From NCBI RefSeq assembly GCF_009914755.1, contig NC_060942.1: a stretch of DNA of 64,000 bases. One strand, given 5' to 3'. Within the stretch, counting starts at the first letter, position 1, and each line of letters begins with the position of its first letter. The notes under the pieces are model-generated. The model was given only the letters and a program-made list of their open reading frames with translations. It was not told the origin of the DNA and ran no database searches. The translations under genes and the position numbers were made by a program. The DNA is from the human T2T-CHM13v2.0 reference genome, Homo sapiens. Below, piece by piece: positions 48,471-64,000 of this stretch.

Positions 48471-49047
48471 GGCTAAAATTGTCTGAGAAGCAGCCGTTGG
48501 TGGTTATTTCATCACTGATGCATAGCTAACCTCTCGATTCAGTCTCTTAACTCATAAAATAAAGTGAAAGAAATGTAAACACACAAGAATTTATTACAAG
48601 ATGCCAATTTGGCTTCATGGGACCAAGGGAAAATGAGAAGATAGAAATAAAATCTCTAAATGGCTAGAATTGCTCAGGAACAGGGGAGAGGAATTATATT
48701 CTAAGGAAATAAAGGGGTCCCAGGAGACCTTAAACATTCATAAATTGTATAGAAACACAACCATATTGCCACCTGGTAGAGCTGTTTCTTTGTCTTCTCT
48801 CTGTCTGTTGTCATGGGCTACCAATCCTGAAGGGAAAACTAGCTCCGAAACAACTGATTAAATAAATTTAATTAACTTGGAAAATATAAATGCAGCTTCG
48901 TGGGACTTCTTTCTGTTTCGGCCAGCTTTTAAGACACTATCACATGACTCTCGGCTTTCGGCCCTGACTGAGACACTGATTGTTGCATGAGTTTCCTTTA
49001 AACGTGTGTATGCGGTCCTAAAATACACATTGTTGTGTGTCTAGTGA

Positions 49048-49961
<914 letters not shown>

Positions 49962-50010
49962 TAACAAAAAAATGTGAGATTTGGCTGGGGATACAGATCC
50001 AAACCATGTC

Positions 50011-50405
50011 GATGGCCATCCTAATAGGCGTGAGGTGATATTTCATGGTTTTGATTTGTGTTTCCCTGACGATTAGTGATGTTGGGCATCTTTTTCTATA
50101 ACTGTTGACTATTTGTATGTCTCCTTTGGAGAAGTATCTATTCAAGTCCTTTGCCTGTTTTTGAATTGGGTTATTTAATTTTTTGTTATTGAGTTGTAGG
50201 AGTTCCTTATATATTTTTGGATATTAACCCTTTTAGATATATGGTTTGCAAATATTTTCTCACATTCTGTAGGTTGCCTTTTCACTCTGTCAGTGGTTCT
50301 CTTTGCTGTGCAGAAGCTTTTTTGTTTGATGTAGTCCCACTTGTCTATTTTTACTTTTGTTTCCTGTGCTTTTGGTGTCACATCCAAGAAATCATTGCCA
50401 AGACC
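50011..50405 (-). mobile_element. L1MA/MB ORF2 C-terminal fragment
   Basis: Minus-strand frames read [14 protein letters not shown] and MNRYFSK..QIKTM.YHLTP.RMA, typical L1 ORF2p; frameshifted. Confidence 0.9.
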
Positions 50406-50765
50406 ATTTGGTTTCTTAACAGTATTAAGAGCGCGTTATTTTTCCCGTAGTGCATTGCTCCTCCAAAAATCGTATTTCTATTATCCCTGCAAAAGAGAAA
50501 TCCTTTTAATTTGGAATCAGTTTTTAATTTTAACCAGTTTTTAAAAGCCGAGTTTACAATAGAATTAGCAATGATGTCAGATATTTCACCTTTGGCAGAA
50601 TGAACCTCCATATATTGATTCCAGGAATTAATTGTATGAAAAAAAAGGCCATTATTGGGCTAAACTGCTTTTCTTTTTGAAACATCTGATGACATTATCA
50701 AACTACTTTCATTAACCATTTGCTAAGTTCTACTGCTGCTAATGGAGCCAATACAAACAGCTATC

Positions 50766-51080
50766 AGCAGGCACAATGGCTCATGCCTGTAATCCCAGCA
50801 ATTTGGGAGGCCTAAGTGGAAGGATCACTTGAAGCCAGGAATTTGAGACCAGCCTGGGCAACATAGCAAGACCCCCTCCCCGACCCCATTCCCTACAAAC
50901 ATTTTTTTTTTTAATTAGCCTGGCATGGTGGCCCATGCCTGTAGCCCTAGCTACTCGGGAGGCTGAGGTAGGAGAACTGCTTGAGCACAGGAGTTCAAGG
51001 TTACAATGAGCTATGATGTCACCACTGCACTCCAGCCTGGGCAACAGAGTGAGACCCTGTCTCTAAAAATAAAATAAAAT
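50766..51080 (+). mobile_element. AluJ
   Basis: Full length with small C-rich insert. Confidence 0.95.
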
Positions 51081-51182
51081 ACAAAACGACTATTGCTTGA
51101 TTTTTTTGTATCTGTAAGAAAACTTGGAATAAAAAAGCAAAATTAACTTAGGCGAACAGTTATTTGATATAAACAAAAAGTC

Positions 51183-51336
51183 AGCCGGGCTTGGTGGTTC
51201 ACACCTATAATCCCAACACTTTGGGAGGCTCAGGTGGGAGGATCGCTTGAGTTCAGGAGTTCGAGTCTGCAGCAAGCCATTTTCATGCCACTGCACTTCA
51301 GCCTGGGCAACACAGTGAGACCCTGTCTCCAAAAAA
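51183..51336 (+). mobile_element. Free Alu monomer (FLAM/FAM-like)
   Basis: Single arm with tail; flanks aaaa(a/g)gtca. Confidence 0.85.
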
Positions 51337-51618
51337 GGTCAAACTTCATGGAATGAAAAGTAAATGACAGTTGCAAAAGTCAAATTGTTGTCTTTGGGAA
51401 TAACTACTTAAAATAACTTCCTAAAGTAAGTCCTAACTTCTGAAAGAGATGCTGATGTTTCGTCAGCAGGTCTGTGCCTTCTGGGTTTTGCATGGCTAGT
51501 GATAGGATGACAGCTCCCAGGGTGGATGGTAAATGTCAAGAAACATTTTGACAAAACTACACATTAATCAACAACTTTCATGATGTACACAAATTTACTA
51601 CCTAATGGAGAATTCTAG

Positions 51619-52033
<415 letters not shown>

Positions 52034-52180
52034 TAGATTCCTGGTTGGGGCCACTGTCTGTGTGGAGTTTTGCATTCTCCCCATGTCTGTGTGGGTTTTC
52101 TCCAGATACTCCGATTTCCTCCCACATGGCAAGAATGTACCCATTAGATTAAGTGATGTGTCTAAATGGCCCCAGAATGA

Positions 52181-52524
<344 letters not shown>

Positions 52525-52646
52525 GGAATGAGATGGCGTCCAGTCCAGAGCTGGTTCCTGCCTTGTGCCCTAAGCAGCCAGGAAAAGCTCCGGCCACCCT
52601 TGATCCTGAACTGGAGTCAGTGACTTAGATGATAAATAAATGAATG

Positions 52647-53879
<1,233 letters not shown>

Positions 53880-53930
53880 TCAATGTTTAATATTAGAAGT
53901 GTTTGGGGTCTTTATTTAGAAGTCTGGTGA

Positions 53931-54284
<354 letters not shown>

Positions 54285-54499
54285 TTACATCAATTAGCTT
54301 ATGGCAAAATTAGTTAGGTTATATGTTGTTCTGCTTAAAGTCGCAGTTTCAGAGAACCTATGGAAGACGTTAAGTGATTACTATACTGCTGAGATAGTGT
54401 CGGTGTTGCTATTGAAAGGAATGAGTACTGATTCTGGATCCTTGTATGTGGCCTGCTTGTTCTCTCTGAAAGCTTTTAGATTAAAAAAAAAAAACTATG

Positions 54500-54793
54500 T
54501 GTGTTTGTTTGTTTGTTTGGAGACAGTCACCCAGGTTTGGAGTGCAGTCGTGCAATCATGGCTCACTGCAGCTTTGACCTCCCAGGCTCAAGTGATCCTC
54601 CCACCTTAGCCTCCTGAGTAGCTGGGACTACAGGCATGCACCACCACACGCAGCTAATTGGGGTATTTTTTTTTGTAGGGACAGGGTGTCACTATGTTGT
54701 CCAGGTTAGTCTCTAACTCCTGGGCTCAAGCCATCCTCCTGCCTCAGCCTCCGAAAGTGCTAGTATTACAGAAGTGAGCTACTGCACTTGGCC
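54500..54793 (-). mobile_element. AluJ
   Basis: Near full length. Confidence 0.95.
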
Positions 54794-54949
54794 TGGTGTT
54801 CTTAAATTTTACAGGGTTATGACTTATTGTGGATCTTTTTTCATTCTTCGTTCTAGGTGCTAATGGGCCCTTTAAATCTGGGGCCATCTTCTAGTTCTTG
54901 GGAAACTGTTTATTTCTGTAGTTGAGATCTCTAATTGTCTACTGAATAC

Positions 54950-55283
54950 ACCTTTCCTTCTTTCTTAGTAACAGCATATCTCTATGCAGGATGGCAATGT
55001 GCTTCACAGCCATCTTGTTGGTAGATGAAGTCATGTGACACAGTTCTGTCCAATGAGCTGTAAGTTGAAGTTACAGTTGACACAAATTTTCCCATCTTTT
55101 TCCTGCTTGAAACATACTTGCAATGCCTGAGATGGGAAGAGAATGGGCAGAAAACATTTTGTGTGAGGATGAGAGCAAAACTAATGATGTCTAAGCTCAA
55201 AGATAGAAATAATCTGGTTCTCTGGTAACAACATAGAGACCCTATATCTGCTAACCACCCATTATGTGATAAAAATAAAACCA
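54950..55283 (+). mobile_element. Old MaLR LTR fragment (MLT1I/J-like)
   Basis: gtcatgtgacacagttctgtccaatgag..gtaag; ttatgtgataaaaataaa. Confidence 0.55.
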
Positions 55284-55410
55284 ATTATTTTTAGTAGAGA
55301 CAGGGTTTCACCGTGTTAACCAGGATGGTCTCGATCTCCTGACCTTGTGATCCGCCTGCCTCGGCCTCCCAAAGTGCTGGGATTACAGGTGTGAGCCACC
55401 GCACCCGGCC
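55284..55410 (-). mobile_element. Alu left arm fragment
   Basis: Left monomer only. Confidence 0.9.
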
Positions 55411-56110
<700 letters not shown>

Positions 56111-56875
56111 CTTAATTTTTAAGAATTCTTTCATATGCTTTGAATTTTTTTCCTTTTCATAGAATGATGTAATTGTGCCATGGATACATTCTCTTCTCTT
56201 CTCTTTTGAAGATATTAATCATTGTTTTTCTGAAGTCATCTTCTTCCTGCACCATCTGTTTTTTCTGGGCTCTTTTTCTGCTTTTGTTTTGATCTCTGGC
56301 CTTCTTCATAGTAGAGGCCTTCCTCAAATTTCTGGTGATCCTTGGCCATTCACCAAATTACTTATCAGAATTTCAGTGTATGTGCACGAGGCTTGTCAAC
56401 TGGTAGCCTCACTGTGAGATGACAGGCGGAGTACCTGCTTTTTCTCTTAAGCTAACCAGTTCCCCCAGGCGATACAGGGAGCACCCTTGACCTTGCAGTT
56501 TATGGAATGATAGTTCCCTAGAGTTCTGCAATGCTGTCACCCTGCACAGAAAAAGCAGTGAGCTAGTGTGGCATCTTGGGGGTGGAATGGGGACAATGGC
56601 CCGTCATATGTGACTTCTGAGAGCCTTACTCATTTCAGAAATGCCTTGTTTTCTTGCCCTCTGTGATGCCTCATGTCTCCTGGATCAGGACATCTCTGGT
56701 TTGCCCTCTTCAGAGAGCAAATCTTCTGTCACCTGCTGGGTGGTAGAGGAGTGACAGCCTCTGGCTGTGTGGAGTGAGGAGGAAGAGCTGAGGTCCAGCT
56801 CCTTCTTACACAGACATTGAATGAATTCTGTCATTTTCAGCGCCATCCTAATCCCCTGAATTCAGAGATGTCTAG

Positions 56876-57319
<444 letters not shown>

Positions 57320-57849
57320 TGACGTTAAATTCGAAGTCTTTTGTCCAAACAACTTATGTCTTCCAAAATATTGTTGACACTTTTTGCATCTCCATTGCCA
57401 TTCGCTTCTTCCTATTTTATTCCTTTATGGCTGAGTGGCTTTGAACAGGGAGTAGAGCAGATGGCATGTATTCAACCTACAGAGTTAACTGTGAGTCGAC
57501 AGCTCCCAGGGAGAAGGCAAGCACAGGTGAGCCCTTAGTAGCATGTATCAGGAGAATCCTCAGGCTGGAGGCCACCGCGGCTGTGAACTTAAAAAAATAG
57601 ATTAGCAAATTATGAAGAAAATCATTCATCTACTTCACAGTTGTATCTAGTGATGCCTCAGCCAAAAGAAACAAATATTTAAAATAATTACCAAGTTTCC
57701 TCTTGAGTCACCAATAAAGCAGCTGCATGTAATTACAACAATACAAGACATCCCCATCCACTTAGACCTGTCAGATTCCCAGGCTACTGTTTTTCCAGGC
57801 CACTGTCTTTCTGTTAGGCTATGCTGCTGCTGCTCATTGCCAACATTAC

Positions 57850-58420
57850 ATAGCGCTTCATATGTCCAAGCACTTTACATTTTTTAATACTTTAATCCTC
57901 ACAACCATCGTTTTCTAGAGTTACTGTTATTACAGGAGGATAATATAGTTGGCCCTCTCTGTGGGTTCTGCATCTGTGGACTCAACCAACCTCAGATTGG
58001 AAATATTCAGGAAAAATCTGCATCTGTACTGAACATGTACAGATTTTATTCCTTGTCATTATTCCCTAAACAATACAGTATAGCAAATATTTACATAGTA
58101 CATCCATTGTTTTAGGTATCATAAGTAATCTAGAGATGATTTAAAGTATAGGAGAAGATGTAAGTTATATGCAAATTCTACAGCGTTTTATCAGGAACTT
58201 GAACATCCATGGATTTTGGTATCTGCAGGGGGTTCTGGAAATAATCCCCCATGGATACTGAGGGGCAACTGTTGTATGGCACAAAGCACTTAGGTAACCT
58301 GCTCAAGTTCACACAGCTAGAATAGTTCAAATAGAATGAATGGTTAATAGTGTAAATAGAATAGAATGGTTCAAAGCCAGGATTTGAACCAAGGATGACC
58401 TTCTCTAGTCTTTGCTCTTA
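57850..58420 (-). mobile_element. MIR split by MER2
   Basis: tttaatcctcacaacc before; gtaacctgctcaagttcacacagctag and gccaggatttgaacc after. Confidence 0.7.
57946..58271. mobile_element. MER2 (Tigger) element
   Basis: TIRs tagttggccctc / gaggggcaactg; ataagtaatctagagatgatttaaagtata. Confidence 0.85.
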
Positions 58421-58432
58421 TAAATGCACTAT

Positions 58433-58728
<296 letters not shown>

Positions 58729-59265
58729 TTATTTATCACCCTACAATTTCAAGAGCATTTTCACCTGATCTCATTGATTTTACAGTCCCATTTTACAGTT
58801 GAGAACGCTGAAAGCCCATTTGACTTATCCGAGATCTGCAGTTTACCTTACTGTTTTACCTAGCGATAACACTGATGCGCTTTGTTTTTAAGGTTTATAG
58901 TACTTTGCAGCCCTAAGCTCAGCCCTTTCACTGGTTCATTTTGATGATTATGAAAATTCATTTCCATAGGATGCCAAGAAGAGGAGGCATTATAAAAGCA
59001 ATAGACATATTCAAGAGCAGATTGTGAATTGTTGGTTAAAACTCAGAAGGTATTTTCCCATAAAAATAATGTGAGTCATGGTCAGTAGGTGTGTAGGCTA
59101 GCCCACAAATGCTAGGATGTTCCTTAGTGTTACCACAGTAACTGCAGCTCTCCAGGGCCTGGGGTGGAGAGGAATTTAGGTACAAGGGAGGACCCAGTGG
59201 TGGCGGCAGCCCCTCCCACTGGAGGGCGAAAGCCTGGAGGTGGAGGGAGCCTGGAAGGGGGCTGA

Positions 59266-59666
<401 letters not shown>

Positions 59667-59859
59667 TAACAGACACTCTACATCTAAGGAACGTGATGGG
59701 AAACTTAGATTCTACACTTAACAACGTGGAGAGAGTTGAAGAGCAGGCCCAAGGCCAGCTGAGAGTCATTTACAGAGGGAACATCATGTCTAAATAAAGC
59801 CGATTTCCCCAAGGAATATGGAGACCTTTCCCTCCAATCATTAGGTCCCTAGCTTGACT

Positions 59860-60176
<317 letters not shown>

Positions 60177-61315
60177 GGTCCCCTGGCTTTACTGTTAACC
60201 TACAGACTTTGTGCAGTTAGAGGGTTTCTCTATCCCAGGGTGACATTAGAATCTCATATTTGGAGTAAATGGAATCAGTCATTTGTAATAAAGACTTCCG
60301 AGTTTTACCTGCTTCCAAAATTGGGATCTTGCCAGCTAGATCCAGGATGGAAGCTGGGTGTGATCATGTTTTCATTGATTAATTATAATAATTAATCCCA
60401 TTTTAATCACTCATTTAATCATTCATCTATCTCCTCCAATCATTCTAAAAATTAGGAGGTGACTGGAAGTGTTTTTATTTGTTGGGTTTTTTATTTGGAG
60501 TCCATGATTTTCCTGAATGTTCTACAATTGTAAAAGAGTAAACATTTCTAGGCAGAAAGCTGGTTTTTCTTGTTGCCAGTACTCAGGATTTGTTTTGTTT
60601 ACTGTTGTATTTTTTCCTGAGAGAAATTAAACAGGTCTTACAACCCAACCTGCCTTCTGGCCACAAAGCCTCCCTCCTGTATATTCGCAGAGCGGATCTG
60701 ATAAGGGAACTGCCATCTTAAATTCTAGAAGCTTCTTGATGACTTGACCAGAAGCCAAGCCAGGGCCTGCAGTTAAGCACAGCCTTCAGGGCCTTGAAGC
60801 TGCCATGTGGGGAGACTGGAGTACCTTTTACAGTTTTCAAATAAGCAAAACCCACTCGAGAGATTTTTTTTATTTTGAGCTTAAAATAAACAGAAAAACA
60901 GTTGCAATTTGAATCATCAGCGCCTTGCTCAGCAGCCAGTTTAACTGAAGTCTCCATGGAGCTGCCCCAAGGGCAGAAGCCTCTCCCTTAAGATAACACT
61001 ACTCGGTGATGAGTCATTTTGGGGTCCAGGACATTCATCAGTCCTTGAAATGACACCATAAGTAATAGCTGTATGGCTGCCCAGAGTGAGATAACTTCTT
61101 AGGACCAAATGCCTTGCTCAAGCATTTTGCAGAGACTGGGAGGTGGGATGCAGGGTGTTATTAAGGACAGGGAAGCTTGTTGTCTACTGCCTGGAGGGTA
61201 AACTGAGCCTGAGCCCTTGGACTGCCAGGAGATGGCCAGCCGCACAGTGCATCAGGCTGACAGCCAGGTCCTTTCTGCAAGGCTATTCCCGGGCCTTCTT
61301 TCCTGTGTTCATTAG

Positions 61316-61623
61316 CGCAGATGAGCATACGTTTGGAGAAATGTGTCATTAGGTGATTTTGTTGTGTAAACAACACAGCGAGCACGTACACAAGGCTAGA
61401 TGGCATAGCCTACTGCACACTTAGGCTGGATGGTCTAGTCTATTGCTCCTAGGCAACAAGCCTCTATAGCATGTCATTGAGTACTGTAGGCAACTGTAAT
61501 GCAATGCTAAGTATTTGTGTGTCTGAATGCAGAAAAAGTATAGTAAAAATAGAGTATTATAATTTTCTGGGACCACTGTTGTATATTCAGTTCATCATTG
61601 ATTGAAATGTTATATGGCACATA
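61316..61623 (-). mobile_element. Tigger3/MER7-like DNA transposon relic
   Basis: gagaaatgtgtcattaggtgatttt, ctagatggcatagcctac, tactgtaggcaactgtaa, gggaccactgttgtata. Confidence 0.8.
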
Positions 61624-61659
61624 ATGTTTAGATTTCTTTATCTAAACATTTATTTTTTG

Positions 61660-61973
<314 letters not shown>

Positions 61974-62197
61974 CTAAACATTTTTATACAATAGTATACC
62001 CACCTCTCCAAATGTTTTTATCAGGATTTTGAGTTGGAAAATCTTTTTTTCCTCACTCTCCTAAACCATCACCATTATTTTCCATCAAGATGCCTAACAT
62101 TGATTCAGTTAGGCCTCTGCAACTCAGGAAATTACTGAAATTACAAAAGGACTGTAACACACACCAGAATTAACCTGCCCTCAAGAAATTATTCTTA

Positions 62198-62582
<385 letters not shown>

Positions 62583-63214
62583 GCAGGATGATCTCATCTC
62601 CAGATTCTTAATTACAACTACAAAAACCTGATTTTCAAATAAGATCACATTTGAGTTAGCACTTGAACATCGGTTTTGTGGGGCCACCATTCAACCTATG
62701 ACAGTGAACAAGCCAGCGTCTTGCTTTTCCTTGTCCTGAGCAGTGGACAATCTCGGCACCCTTCCGCAGTGCTCATCTGCCTTCGTGTATCTAGACCAGA
62801 GACTTCCAATCGTTTTGGTCTGTTCTCTCACAGGAGTCACTCTATGGCACTTTGTTGAGCCTTGGAACTACTTCACTTATCATTTGTCTCCCCCCAGATT
62901 AGAAGAATGTCTTTTCTGGAGAAGAAAGCTCGGCATGACAAAGCACACGGTGGCTCACAGCTCTGTTGAAAATAGAGTTGGAAAGACGTTTAGTAAATTC
63001 GTGCTTTCAGAAGATTCTAATAAAGCAAGGCAAACCAAGTTAATGCTGGGGCAATAGCGTCTTCTATTGCCTTCAGCCTTCCCTGAAGAATTAGATTTCT
63101 TCAGGGAATTGGAGTTGTAAACCAAAGAGAGCCTCCTATCTGCTAAGGTGTTAGTTAAGAATTATTCAACCTTGGCACTTTCCAGTTTGAGCAAATAAAC
63201 CCAGATTCTTCCCT

Positions 63215-63793
<579 letters not shown>

Positions 63794-63948
63794 TGATTTC
63801 TTAAAGCATGAATTTACTAAGCATCTTTCCAACTTATTTTCAAGAGCACTTTATAACATAATATTTTTGTTGTTATTAATATTACTATCAGTACTATGAT
63901 TATTATAGCAGCAGTGAGACTTTATGGTAACACAAGTACACCAACCAA

Positions 63949-64000
63949 TTTTTTTTTGAGACAAATGTCACTCGTCGCCCAGGCCAGAGTGCAGTGGCAC
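63949..64000 (-). mobile_element. Alu 3' end, cut by window edge
   Basis: poly(T) then gagac...gcccaggccagagtgcagtggcac. Confidence 0.85.

Overview
Primate (human-like) non-coding genomic DNA, either intergenic or deep intronic. I find no credible protein-coding exon. The ORFs in the track are Alu-, L1- or LTR-derived, low-complexity, or short chance frames with no recognisable domain. There is no prokaryotic-type system, CRISPR array, rRNA or tRNA. About 60 Alu copies or fragments (roughly a quarter of the window) sit among old L1/L2/L3/MIR fragments, MaLR and ERV1 solo LTRs (MLT1, MST, MER61-, LTR27/28- and LTR10-like), DNA-transposon fossils (MER5, MER81, MER1B, MER47, MER6, MER2, Tigger3) and one 7SL RNA pseudogene. 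Subfamily names are from recall of consensus sequences and boundaries are approximate. The most interesting signals are local rearrangement scars. One is a ~275-bp copy of a composite Alu that preserves the empty site of a later LTR insertion and sits between inverted (GT)n/(CA)n tracts. The others are inverted or fold-back replacements, three of them at the same position of the Alu left arm. An Alu-free GC-rich enhancer-like block and a few possible lncRNA exons are weaker leads. Nothing here establishes a new biological system.
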